From NCBI GenBank assembly GCA_963816145.1, contig CAWFJP010000014.1, positions 288,001 to 352,000 on the forward strand: a stretch of DNA of 64,000 nt, given 5' to 3'. The position numbers and the translations under genes were made by a program. This document shows positions 28,859 through 38,568 of this stretch, piece by piece (positions within the stretch are counted from its first letter, which is position 1; the number at the start of each line of letters is the position of its first letter). The notes beneath the pieces are model-generated. The model was not told the origin of the DNA and made no database searches. It was given only the letters and a program-made list of their open reading frames with translations. This stretch comes from an uncultured delta proteobacterium (GTDB lineage Bacteria > Desulfobacterota > Binatia > UBA9968).

Positions 28859-29878
28859 ATGTCAAAGCAGGAACTCGAAAGCGTCGCTCAAGCGATGGTA
28901 GCGAAAGGTAAAGGCATTCTCGCCGCCGATGAGAGCATGGGCACGATCAAGAGGCGTTTCGACAGCATCAAGATCGATTCCAACGAGAATAATCGCCGCG
29001 CTTACCGTGAGATGCTCTTTACCACCAAGGGTCTTGAAGAAGCGGTCAGCGGCGTGATCCTGTTCGACGAAACCTTGCGCACCGCGGCCAGTGACGGCAC
29101 GCCGTTCTCGCAGGTTCTGTCGAAGAAGGGCATCATGCCCGGAATCAAAGTCGACAAAGGCCCGGTGGCCATTCCCGGCTTCCCCGGCGAGACCGTGACC
29201 GAGGGCCTCGACGGACTTCGCGCGCGGGTGAAAGAATATCGCGAGTTGGGCGCCAAGTTCGCCAAATGGCGCGCCGTGATTACCATCGGTGACGGCATCC
29301 CGACCTACACCTGCTTGCAGGCCAACGCCCACGCGCTGGCGCGCTACGCCGCGCTGTGTCAGGAAGGCGGCATTGTGCCGATCGTCGAGCCGGAAGTGCT
29401 GCTCGACGGCAATCATACGATCGAACGCTGCGAGGAAGTCACCGAAGAGACTCTGCGCGTCACCTTTTCGACGCTGATGGAGCAGCGGGTTCATCTCGAA
29501 GGCATGATTCTCAAACCGAGCATGGTGGTGTCGGGCAAGGACAATTCGCGCCAGGCTGGCGTCGACGAAGTCGCCGAACGGACAATCCGCTGCTTGAAGC
29601 GCACCGTGCCCGGAGCGGTCCCTGGCATCGCGTTTCTCTCCGGCGGTCAAAGCGCCGTGAGTGCCACCGAACACTTAAACAAGATGAATCAGATGGGCCC
29701 CCATCCCTGGCAGGTGAGTTTCTCCTTCGCCCGGGCGCTGCAAGATCCAGCACTCAAAGCCTGGAAAGGCGAGCCGGGCAACGTCGCCGCGGCGCAGAAG
29801 GTTTTTTACCATCGCGCCAAGATGAACGGCGCGGCGCGCAGCGGCAGCTACACCCAGGCGATGGAAGCGGCGGCGTAG
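28859..29878 (+). CDS. Fructose-bisphosphate aldolase class I
   Basis: KGILAADES, GIKVDKG, FAKWR, VPIVEPE, LKPSMV, FLSGGQS; AAGGAGG RBS. Confidence 0.96.
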   Translation: MSKQELESVAQAMVAKGKGILAADESMGTIKRRFDSIKIDSNENNRRAYREMLFTTKGLEEAVSGVILFDETLRTAASDGTPFSQVLSKKGIMPGIKVDKGPVAIPGFPGETVTEGLDGLRARVKEYRELGAKFAKWRAVITIGDGIPTYTCLQANAHALARYAALCQEGGIVPIVEPEVLLDGNHTIERCEEVTEETLRVTFSTLMEQRVHLEGMILKPSMVVSGKDNSRQAGVDEVAERTIRCLKRTVPGAVPGIAFLSGGQSAVSATEHLNKMNQMGPHPWQVSFSFARALQDPALKAWKGEPGNVAAAQKVFYHRAKMNGAARSGSYTQAMEAAA

Positions 29879-29921
29879 GTTCATCTGCAACTGCGCAGAT
29901 TCGGTCCCGACTAGGCAGCAT

Positions 29922-29968
29922 TCGGTCATCCCGCGTTTCACGAAGCGTTGGGATGGCCGAGTTTTTTT
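29922..29968 (+). terminator. Probable intrinsic terminator after the aldolase
   Basis: TCGGTCATCCC...GGGATGGCCGA stem followed by GTTTTTTT. Confidence 0.65.
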
Positions 29969-30368
29969 CTGTCACGACAGGAAAGAGTTGAATCCGGGTC
30001 CTGTTGCGGTATTGGCAAAGATCGAGGCGAAAGCCTTCTTAGCGAAGATAAACCCGTGCGCCTGATAGCGGGCAGCGTTAAGCGGTAGGGGAGGCGTGTA
30101 TCAGAGTGTTGAGCGATGGACCGCTAGTTTAAACGAATGGCTTTGCAACCGAACGCTTGAGCGTCTACGCTCCTTTCGATTTGCGCCCAACTCCGCGCCG
30201 ATCTTCGCTCGTGGTGCAGATTGCGGGCTGCATGCTTCGCGCGTTTAACGGACTGATTGAGATCGACCTGTTTGCATGCTATTGGCTTCGCTCAATTGTC
30301 GCCGATCAATAATTATGATGCCGTTCGCAAGACAGAGTGTCGCTCTCAAGGAGTTTTGAATTACTCTT

Positions 30369-31421
30369 ATGGACGTCATCGCATTGGAATCGAGGACCTC
30401 GCCCCGCCGGTGGCTTATATGGGTCGCCGTAGCGGTAATTACGATAACTTCGGTGGCCGGTATTCGCACGCTACTGCGTTGGTGTAACGAAAGCCATCGA
30501 GCGGTTGAGCTTTTGAACCGGCTCGAAGGCGAAGTTAATTATCTCAGCGCGCTGGAGTGGGAATCGATGGCGCGCAAAACTGTCTCCGAAGAAGTGCGCG
30601 AACTGCAGTTTTCCACGCAGCAAGAGATCGCGCAAGTTCTAGGCGATCTCGAACGTCTGATCGGCCCTGGCGGTATTACCGAGGTGCGTCGCCTCTATCA
30701 AACCTATGTCCGCTATAGCGATGAACAGTTCCGGTTTATCGAACAAAAGCGCTACGTCGAGGCTCAACGGGTCGACGAAGAGAAGATCAATCCGACGTAC
30801 AGCACTCTGCTCGGCCTGATGAATTCACTGCGCGAACTTCACACGCAATCGGGGCATCGAACCATGCTGTTGGTCGATATTGGTATCTCCGCGGTTCTCC
30901 TATTGGCGGCGTTCTCCGTGGCTATGTTGTTTTCGCTATTCGAGCACAGCCAGCGGATGAAGCAAGTGCTATTGGTCGAACAGAATGCGCTGCGCAAAAG
31001 TGAGAGTCGCTTTCGTTCGCTAGTGCAAAACTCTTCCGACGTGATTGCAATCCTCAATCCGCTGCCGGCGACGTTCACTTTTCTTAGTGAGTCCGTGCGC
31101 CGGGTTCTAGGCTACCAGCCCGATCAATTGATCGGCGCCGATATCAGCAAAATGATTCACCCCGACGATAGCGCGACGCTGCAACGATTTCTTGCCAATT
31201 GCGCTTACAGCAACGGCCTGACTCACGCAGCCGAGCTGCGTTTGCGGCGCAGTGACAGCCAGTGGACAATTATTGAGATGTTTGGTGACAATCGCGTCGG
31301 GGATCCTGATGTCGGCGGTATCGTTATCAACTTTCGCGACGTCTCGGAGAGGCGCCAGATCGAGGCGGCATTGAGCCAAGAAGGATATGAGTTCGATCCG
31401 GCGGATCGCAAGCTGCACTGA
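30369..31421 (+). CDS. Membrane sensor (2 TM, helical periplasmic domain, one PAS) without output domain
   Basis: Two hydrophobic segments; SESRFRSLVQNSSDVI...IHPDD...NFRDVSERR, stop about 20 aa later. Confidence 0.75.
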   Translation: MDVIALESRTSPRRWLIWVAVAVITITSVAGIRTLLRWCNESHRAVELLNRLEGEVNYLSALEWESMARKTVSEEVRELQFSTQQEIAQVLGDLERLIGPGGITEVRRLYQTYVRYSDEQFRFIEQKRYVEAQRVDEEKINPTYSTLLGLMNSLRELHTQSGHRTMLLVDIGISAVLLLAAFSVAMLFSLFEHSQRMKQVLLVEQNALRKSESRFRSLVQNSSDVIAILNPLPATFTFLSESVRRVLGYQPDQLIGADISKMIHPDDSATLQRFLANCAYSNGLTHAAELRLRRSDSQWTIIEMFGDNRVGDPDVGGIVINFRDVSERRQIEAALSQEGYEFDPADRKLH

Positions 31422-31703
31422 TCCCCGTGGTCGCTCGGGTCGTGCCGATTGGTGGCGACCAACCGCATGTCGAGTGGCCTCTGTGTAGTCTCCGCCCGCC
31501 CGACTATGGGTGAACGGTCAATAACGATCTCTGCCGGTTTAACAGATTACGAACAGATCGCTCGATTGCCAGCAGCGAGATTGGCCTGGCGGCGTACTGC
31601 GCGCAACTCTTATATCTTGCTGGAAACTTTTACTGACGAGTGTTTTTTCTGACAACTTCGATCCGGCATTTTGGCGTAATCGACAGTCCACCCGAGGTCA
31701 TGC

Positions 31704-33335
31704 ATGAGCCGTACTTCCTCATTCCATCGCTTCGTTCGCGCCGTTCGGATCGGCAATTATTGTAAAGATCAAACTTTGCCGACTCGTGAAGGGGCAGAAC
31801 AGCTGGCGTATTTACAATCCCAGCGCGCTCTGACGCGTCGGCAGTTTCTTGCCGATGTTGGTAAACTGGCCAGTGCCGGCGCGGTCGCCACCATGCTCGA
31901 CCCGTGGTCTCGTGTATTTGCCGCGCCGACAGCGCCGCAGGTCAGCGTTGGTATTGTTGGCGCGGGTTTGGCGGGTCTCGCCTGTGCAAATGAGTTAAGG
32001 CGCCATGGAATTACCGCGAAACTTTATGACGCCGCGACCCGCGTCGGCGGCCGCTGCTGGTCCCTACGGGAATTCTTCCCCGGCCAGGTGGCCGAACGCG
32101 GCGGCGAGTTTATCGACACGCCGCATAAGACGTTACTTGGGTATGTGAAGGATTTCGGCTTGGCCATCGAAGATGTCGACAAGCAGCCGGGGGAAGTTTT
32201 CTATTACTTCGGCGGTCAACGCTACGCCGAGAGTGCAATCGTCGATGAATACCGCGCCTTTGTTCCCGCCATGCGCTCCGATCTGCGAAAACTGTCCAAT
32301 GAGCCCACGGCTGCGGATCATACCTCCGCAGACATTCTACTCGACACCTTGAGTCTTGCCGAGTATCTCGACCGGCGCGGCGCCGGCAGGCTGCTTACGT
32401 CAGTGATCGAACAGGCTTACAAGGCCGAGTATGGTCTGGAAATCGACGAACAGAGCTGTCTCAACTTCTTGTTGTTTATTCACGCCGACCGGCGATCGAA
32501 GTTTACGCCGTTCGGTATATTCAGCGACGAACGTTACCATGTTGTTGACGGCAACGATCGCATCGCCGAAGGCTTGAGCAGTCGCTTGCCGGGCCAGATC
32601 GAAACCGGTATGCGCCTTGTGCGCGTGCTCAAAACCGGCGCTGGCAAGATCGAGCTGACCTTCGCACTGGGCGCGGCGACTCGGCAAGCGAGTTTCGACG
32701 CCGCGGTGCTGGCGCTGCCGTTCACGACGCTGCGAGAGGTCGAACTCGATGCCGGCCTGGGATTGCCGACTTGGAAGATAGAAGCGATTCAGTCTTTGGG
32801 CTACGGCACCAATGCCAAAATGATGCTAGGCTTCAACGGTCGTCCTTGGCTCGCCCTCGGCGGCAACGGCGAATCCTACAGTGACTTGGCGAATCATCAA
32901 CTGACATGGGAGTCCAATCCAACTCGTGCCTCAATTGATCGTGGTGTGCTGACCGATTATTCGAGCGGCGCTCGCGGCGCGGCATTGAATCCGGCGAACC
33001 TCCAGGGCGAAGCCGCAACGTTTCTCAACGATCTGAACGTTGTGTTTCCCGGCGCACTGACGGCGGCGACGCGCGACGGCAGCGGCAAGCTTCGCGTCCA
33101 CCTCGAGCACTGGCCCTCCAATCCGTTAACCAAGGGGTCGTATACCTGCTACCGGCCCGGCCAGTTTACGGCCATCGCCGGCAATGAAGGCCGGCCGGTA
33201 GGCAATCTCCATTTCGCCGGCGAGCACGCCAACTCTTTCTACGAGTGGCAGGGATTCATGGAAGGCGCCGCGCTTTCCGGAATTCAGGCCGCCCGGGAGA
33301 TTCTCCAGGACGCAAAGGTCGGTGTGTTGCCCTAA
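31704..33335 (+). CDS. Flavin monoamine oxidase family protein
   Basis: VGAGLAGL, RVGGR, ERGGEFID, HFAGEH, GFMEGAALSG. Confidence 0.9.
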   Translation: MSRTSSFHRFVRAVRIGNYCKDQTLPTREGAEQLAYLQSQRALTRRQFLADVGKLASAGAVATMLDPWSRVFAAPTAPQVSVGIVGAGLAGLACANELRRHGITAKLYDAATRVGGRCWSLREFFPGQVAERGGEFIDTPHKTLLGYVKDFGLAIEDVDKQPGEVFYYFGGQRYAESAIVDEYRAFVPAMRSDLRKLSNEPTAADHTSADILLDTLSLAEYLDRRGAGRLLTSVIEQAYKAEYGLEIDEQSCLNFLLFIHADRRSKFTPFGIFSDERYHVVDGNDRIAEGLSSRLPGQIETGMRLVRVLKTGAGKIELTFALGAATRQASFDAAVLALPFTTLREVELDAGLGLPTWKIEAIQSLGYGTNAKMMLGFNGRPWLALGGNGESYSDLANHQLTWESNPTRASIDRGVLTDYSSGARGAALNPANLQGEAATFLNDLNVVFPGALTAATRDGSGKLRVHLEHWPSNPLTKGSYTCYRPGQFTAIAGNEGRPVGNLHFAGEHANSFYEWQGFMEGAALSGIQAAREILQDAKVGVLP

Positions 33336-33498
33336 TTTTTGAGGCAGGGGGCTTTGCGGGCGGAGTTATATTGGCGAGGGGAAATGACCTGTCTCCTGAA
33401 AGCTTTCGGCGTGATTTGACAGTGCTGCACCTCTCGTCGTATCGTTGAACCCAATTCGTTAATTCACCTTATTGTCGTTACCAAAAGGGGAGGATTCC

Positions 33499-35196
33499 AT
33501 GGCTTATGATCTGGTTATTCGCGGTGGGCGCGTGGTCGATGGGTCGGGTTTACCGTCTTATGTTGCCGATGTCGGGGTCAAGGACGGCAAGGTTGCCGAA
33601 ATCGGCAAGGTCAAAGAGGGTGCAGCGAAAACGATCGATGCCGGCGGTCTCGCGGTTTCGCCGGGGTTTATCGATCATCATACTCATCTCGACGCGCAGA
33701 TGCTTTGGGATCCCTACGGCACTTGCGAGCCACAGCATGGCGTGACCTCGGTGGTGATGGGCAACTGCGGGTTGTCCCTGGCGCCGGTCCGGCAGGGCAT
33801 CGAAGATGCCATCGTCAAAAGTTTCGTGCGTGTCGAAGCGATCCCGCGCATTGCCCTTGATCAGGGCGTCAAATGGAACTGGCATAGCTACGGCGAGTAT
33901 CTCGACAACTTCGAAGGCAAGGTCGGCATCAACGTCGGCGGCCTGGTCGGTCATATCGCCGTGCGCCATCATGCCATGGGCGAAGAAGCGGTGGAGCGCA
34001 AGGCCACCGGCGCAGAAGTGCAAAAGATGAAGGGCTTGGTGCTCGATGCCATGGAAGGCGGCGCCTTGGGTATGTCGACCAACCGCAACGACCGCCATAT
34101 GCGCGAGGACGGCAAGCCGGTGTCGAGCCGCTTGGCGGACGACGACGAATTTTTCGCGCTCTGCGATGTCTTGGGCGAGCGCAATGCCGGCGTGATCGAA
34201 ACCATTCTAGGGCGCAATAAAGTCGAACATTTCGAATGGTATCATGAGCTGGCGAAGCGTACCCAGCGGCCGATCCTGTGGCAAAGCCTGCAGCATCGCT
34301 GGTCCGAGCCCAATCTCTGGCGCGAGCAGTTGGCGGCGGTGGAGCCGATTTTCAAGGCCGGCTACCAGGCTTACGGCTTGTCGCATACGGTGCCGTTGGT
34401 GCGCCATTTCACCATGAAAGACTGTCAAATATTCGACGAATTTCCGACTTGGAAGAACTTGATGTTTCTGCCGGTGGAAGTGCGCAAGCAGGCCTTTGCC
34501 GACGCGGATACCCGAACGAAACTACAAGGCGAGCTCGACAACCTGCGAGAGACCAACTATCACAAACGTTGGGATATTCCGAAAGTCGAAAAGGTTGTTA
34601 AACCGGAGAATCAAAAATACGTCGGCAAGACCATCGCCGAGATGGCGGCCATGCGCAATCAAGCGCCCATCGACGCCTTCCTCGATCTCGCCCTCGACGA
34701 AAACTTGGAGACGATTTTCTGGAACGCCAACAACGGCGGCGATTGGAACGCCATGGGCGAAATTCTGCGCAGCCCCTATGTGCTGATCGGCACTTCGGAT
34801 GCCGGCGCCCATGTGCTGTTCGGCGCCGACTTCGGCTACGGCACGATTCTCTTGGGTCTATGGGTGCGCGAGCGCCAAGTGATGTCTCTGGAGCAGGCGA
34901 TTCATAAGCTGACCTTTCATCCGGCTTCAATCTTCGGCTTGCAGGGGCGCGGCTTGCTGCGGCCGGGCTATGCCGCAGATATCACGATCTTCGATCCCAA
35001 GACGGTTAACGCCGAGGAGCCGGTCTGGGCCAATGATTTTCCGGCCAACAGCAAACGCATGGTGCAGCAAGCGATCGGTATGCATTACACCATCGTCAAC
35101 GGCACCGTGATCAACGATCATGGGCGCATGACCGGCGATCTGCCCGGCCAGGTGATGCGCGGGCCGCTCTACCGCCAGCATAAGGCGGCCGCGTAA
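33499..35196 (+). CDS. N-acyl-D-amino-acid deacylase-like amidohydrolase
   Basis: YDLVIRGGRVVDGSG, PGFIDHHTHLD, GNCG, SDAGAH; GGAGG RBS before ATG 33499. Confidence 0.88.
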   Translation: MAYDLVIRGGRVVDGSGLPSYVADVGVKDGKVAEIGKVKEGAAKTIDAGGLAVSPGFIDHHTHLDAQMLWDPYGTCEPQHGVTSVVMGNCGLSLAPVRQGIEDAIVKSFVRVEAIPRIALDQGVKWNWHSYGEYLDNFEGKVGINVGGLVGHIAVRHHAMGEEAVERKATGAEVQKMKGLVLDAMEGGALGMSTNRNDRHMREDGKPVSSRLADDDEFFALCDVLGERNAGVIETILGRNKVEHFEWYHELAKRTQRPILWQSLQHRWSEPNLWREQLAAVEPIFKAGYQAYGLSHTVPLVRHFTMKDCQIFDEFPTWKNLMFLPVEVRKQAFADADTRTKLQGELDNLRETNYHKRWDIPKVEKVVKPENQKYVGKTIAEMAAMRNQAPIDAFLDLALDENLETIFWNANNGGDWNAMGEILRSPYVLIGTSDAGAHVLFGADFGYGTILLGLWVRERQVMSLEQAIHKLTFHPASIFGLQGRGLLRPGYAADITIFDPKTVNAEEPVWANDFPANSKRMVQQAIGMHYTIVNGTVINDHGRMTGDLPGQVMRGPLYRQHKAAA

Positions 35197-35197
35197 T

Positions 35198-35530
35198 ATG
35201 GGAGTGAGTTATATTCCAGTTGCCCGTGTCGGCGAACTCAGTCCCGGTGCCATGAAGGAAGTCGACCTCGGCGGACGCCAAGTGCTGGTGGCGTTCGTCG
35301 AGGGCAAGTACTATGCGTTCTCGCGCCAATGTCCCCACGAAGAGGCGGATTTGAAGGAGGCGGGACAGCTGGTCAATATCAATAATGGCACACAGATCCG
35401 CTGCAACAATCACAGCTACTGCTTCGATCTTAGAACCGGCGACTGCACCCTGCCCAAGGGCGGCGCGCCGTTGACCGTGCTGCCTGCCGAAGAGCGCGGC
35501 GAAGAGGTTTGTATTCGTCTCGAGTGGTAA
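35198..35530 (+). CDS. Rieske [2Fe-2S] ferredoxin
   Basis: CPH...CNNH..FDLRTG. Confidence 0.88.
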   Translation: MGVSYIPVARVGELSPGAMKEVDLGGRQVLVAFVEGKYYAFSRQCPHEEADLKEAGQLVNINNGTQIRCNNHSYCFDLRTGDCTLPKGGAPLTVLPAEERGEEVCIRLEW

Positions 35531-35639
35531 TTCCTGGTTGGCGATTTTTGTCGCGTTTTGACGGGCGCGAGCTCAAGTCCGGCCGCGCCAAGTAGGGCGC
35601 GGACGGGCAATGTTGCCATCGGCGCCGGCAAGTATGCTC

Positions 35640-36539
35640 ATGCAAAGAAATAAATTGCTCCTCGCTGTGCGCGCGCTTGCACTGGTCTTGGTGGTCACCG
35701 GCATTAGCGCGCATTTCGCGCAGCTCTGGGCCGAGGAAAAAATTTTTCTTTGGAAGGCTCCGGGCGACAAGAACACCGTCTATATTCTAGGTTCGATTCA
35801 TCTGCTCAAACGCGAGCACGCGACGCTAAAACCGATTGTCCAGGAGGTCTTTGGCAAGAGCCGTCGTTTGGTGTTGGAGATCGACTTGCTCAAAGAGGGG
35901 CCGGCCAAGTTTCAGCAGCTGTTGATGCAGAAAGGTTTAAATCTCGACGGTACGCAGCTGCAGCAGCAACTATTACCGGAGACGTATGAATTGACCGCGC
36001 AACGTGCCGCCGATTTGGGTCTGGATCTCAAGCTCTTGGCGTCGTTTAAACCTTGGGTCGTGGCTTTGACCATGGTGGTGATGGAGCTGCAGAAGTTGGG
36101 CTACGATCCGAATTCGGGCATCGATCATCAACTGGCGCAGCGGGCCAAGCAGGCGAACAAGCCGGTCTCCGGTTTGGAAACCGCCGAGTTCCAGATCGAT
36201 TTCTTCAGTCGCTTGAGCCCCCCGGAGCAAGACATGTTCCTGCGCCGGTCGTTGCTTGAAATGGACCAGCTCGAAAAATCCGTCGACGATATGGTCGACG
36301 CGTGGAATCGTGGCGATGTCGAACGTGGCGAGAAGTTGTTTCTTGAAAGCATGCGCGACTATCCAGAGCTGAAAACCAAATTAATCGATGAACGCAATCG
36401 TAGGTGGATACCGCAACTCGAACAATTTCTTAAACAAGACGAAGACATCCTCGTCGTGGTCGGCGCCGCGCACTTGGTCGGCAAAGAGGGCGTCATCGAG
36501 TTACTCAAAGCGCGCGGCTACAAGTTGGAGCAAATGTAA
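35640..36539 (+). CDS. TraB/GumN family protein (start uncertain)
   Basis: YILGSIH, GLETAEFQ, ERNRRW, VVVGAAHL. Confidence 0.88.
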   Translation: MQRNKLLLAVRALALVLVVTGISAHFAQLWAEEKIFLWKAPGDKNTVYILGSIHLLKREHATLKPIVQEVFGKSRRLVLEIDLLKEGPAKFQQLLMQKGLNLDGTQLQQQLLPETYELTAQRAADLGLDLKLLASFKPWVVALTMVVMELQKLGYDPNSGIDHQLAQRAKQANKPVSGLETAEFQIDFFSRLSPPEQDMFLRRSLLEMDQLEKSVDDMVDAWNRGDVERGEKLFLESMRDYPELKTKLIDERNRRWIPQLEQFLKQDEDILVVVGAAHLVGKEGVIELLKARGYKLEQM

Positions 36540-37033
36540 TGACGGAACAAAATCAACAACTCAAATCGATCCTGGTGGCGGATTGGATGAGCGAAAATGT
36601 GCTGGCCGTGGATACCTACGATAGCATCGCCATCGCCCGGCAGCTCATGGCGAAGCACCGGGTCAATCAGTTGCCGGTGCTCGACAACGAGCATATCGTC
36701 GGCATCGTCACGGATCGGGATATCCGCGACGCCTATCCGACCAGCATGATGATCGACCAGACCAAGGCGATCGACAGTTTCGCCGAAAAAATCACCGTCG
36801 AGGAAGTAATGACGCACGATGTTCTGATCGTACGGCCGGACACGCCGTTGGCGACGGCGGTAGGATTGCTGCGCAAACATCGCATCGGCTCGTTGCCGGT
36901 GGTAAAAGACAAGAACTTGGTTGGGATCATCACACGCAGCGATATTCTCGATTTTGTTCTTGATGGCGAGCCTAAGCGCAAGCGGTTGCTGGCCAAAGCG
37001 CCCCCGGTCAAAGCCAAGAAAAAAACTAAATAG
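36539..37033 (+). CDS. CBS-pair domain protein (AcuB-like)
   Basis: LPVLD...GIVTDRDI; LPVVKD...GIITRSDI. Confidence 0.9.
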   Translation: MTEQNQQLKSILVADWMSENVLAVDTYDSIAIARQLMAKHRVNQLPVLDNEHIVGIVTDRDIRDAYPTSMMIDQTKAIDSFAEKITVEEVMTHDVLIVRPDTPLATAVGLLRKHRIGSLPVVKDKNLVGIITRSDILDFVLDGEPKRKRLLAKAPPVKAKKKTK

Positions 37034-37077
37034 TTGCACTTTCCGGGCCTTCACGGATATCCAAGGGGAGAGGGAAT

Positions 37078-37572
37078 ATGCCGTCATTCGATATTGTCAG
37101 CCGCATTGATTTGCAGGAGGTCGACAACGCGGTGAACATTACCAGCAAGACTATTCTAACCCGCTACGATTTCCGCGGTTCTAAGACCGAAATCTCGCTG
37201 GACAAAAAAGAGAAAAAACTTTTCGTGACCACGGAAGACGACATGAAAATGCGGGCGATTCAGGACACCCTGATCGAGAACCTGGTTAAGCGGAAAGTTG
37301 ACCGCCGCTGTTTGGATCCCAAAACCACCGAGCCGGCCGCCCACGGCATGATCAAACGCGAGATCGCCATCAAAGACGGCGTCGACTCGGACAACGCGCG
37401 GGCGATCGTCAAGTTGATCAAGGATAAGAAGTTAAAAGTCCAAGCCGCCATGCAAGAAAATCAGGTGCGGGTGACCGGCAAGAAGATTGACGATTTGCAG
37501 GAAGTGATTCAGATGCTGCGCGGCGCGGAGATCCCAATTCCACTGCAGTTCGTTAACATGCAGAGCCGCTGA
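37078..37572 (+). CDS. yajQ: YajQ family nucleotide/c-di-GMP-binding protein
   Basis: MPSFDIVS, EVDNAV, RYDF, VRVTGKKIDDLQ. Confidence 0.95.
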   Translation: MPSFDIVSRIDLQEVDNAVNITSKTILTRYDFRGSKTEISLDKKEKKLFVTTEDDMKMRAIQDTLIENLVKRKVDRRCLDPKTTEPAAHGMIKREIAIKDGVDSDNARAIVKLIKDKKLKVQAAMQENQVRVTGKKIDDLQEVIQMLRGAEIPIPLQFVNMQSR

Positions 37573-37599
37573 AAAATATCATTAAGATTGGAGCCGGCG

Positions 37600-37995
37600 A
37601 TGGAGAAAATCAAAAAAACCGATGACGAATGGAAGAAACAACTGAGCGAAGAGCAGTACCAGGTGGCCCGCAAGAAGGGCACCGAGCGTGCCTTCACCGG
37701 CGCCTATTGGGACAACCATGAGAAGGGCACGTACCGCTGTAGTTGCTGCGGCAACGAACTGTTTAGCTCGGAGACCAAGTTCGACTCCGGCACCGGTTGG
37801 CCGAGCTTTTGGGCGCCGCTGGCGACGGACAAAGTCGAGACCGAAGAGGATAACAGCTACGGCATGCGTCGGGTTGAAGCGCTGTGCAGTAGATGCGATG
37901 CCCACCTGGGCCATGTCTTCGATGACGGCCCCAATCCGACCCATCTACGTTACTGCATCAATTCGGCGTCGCTTAAGTTCGACAAAGACAAATAG
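37600..37995 (+). CDS. msrB: Peptide-methionine (R)-S-oxide reductase
   Basis: [35 protein letters not shown]. Confidence 0.96.
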   Translation: MEKIKKTDDEWKKQLSEEQYQVARKKGTERAFTGAYWDNHEKGTYRCSCCGNELFSSETKFDSGTGWPSFWAPLATDKVETEEDNSYGMRRVEALCSRCDAHLGHVFDDGPNPTHLRYCINSASLKFDKDK

Positions 37996-37996
37996 G

Positions 37997-38452
37997 GTGA
38001 GCGAACTCGCTTTTCAGGATCAAGGCTCGGTGCACCACTGCCATGGCTGCGGTGCGGCGAACGAAAAAGGTCTGCGGCTGAAAAGCTACTGGGACGGCGA
38101 GGAGGCTGTCGCGCGCTGGCGCGCCGAGCCGCATTACTGCGGCGGCAGCCCGGAAAATCTCAACGGCGGTATCATCGCTACGCTAATCGACTGCCATTGC
38201 TTGAATCTAGCAATCGCCCACGCTTATCGCGCCGCCGGCCGCGCCATTGGCAGCGCACCGCGGATCGGTTATGTGACGGCCAATTTGAACATTACCTATT
38301 TGAAACCGACGCCGCTTAACGAGACCATTGGCTTGCGCGCCCGGATCGCCAAACTCGAAGGGCGCAAAGCCTGGGTCAATTGCGCCCTCAGCGCCGCCGG
38401 AATCGTGTGTGCGACGGGCGAAGTCTTAGGCGTACGGGTGGAATGGCAATAA
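37997..38452 (+). CDS. PaaI/hotdog-fold thioesterase
   Basis: GTG start after msrB; CHGCG..N..GL, NGGIIATLIDCH, YLKPTP. Confidence 0.82.
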   Translation: MSELAFQDQGSVHHCHGCGAANEKGLRLKSYWDGEEAVARWRAEPHYCGGSPENLNGGIIATLIDCHCLNLAIAHAYRAAGRAIGSAPRIGYVTANLNITYLKPTPLNETIGLRARIAKLEGRKAWVNCALSAAGIVCATGEVLGVRVEWQ

Positions 38453-38460
38453 CCGAAATT

Positions 38461-38555
38461 GTTCAAGCAGTTCAAAAAGTTCAAAGCGTTCAAGTCGTCT
38501 GAAAAAGAACCTCCGATACTGTTTGAACTTATTCAACGACTCGAACGATTTGAAC
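38461..38555. repeat. Inverted 9-bp tandem-repeat element (GTTCAA arm / TTGAAC arm)
   Basis: Four GTTCAANNN units, spacer, then degenerate TTGAAC units. Confidence 0.75.
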
Positions 38556-38568
38556 GTGCTTAGGAATT

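Noticed and set aside
37600-37995. MsrB as a second selenoprotein
   Set aside because: The catalytic residue is encoded by TGC (RYCINS) and there is no in-frame UGA.
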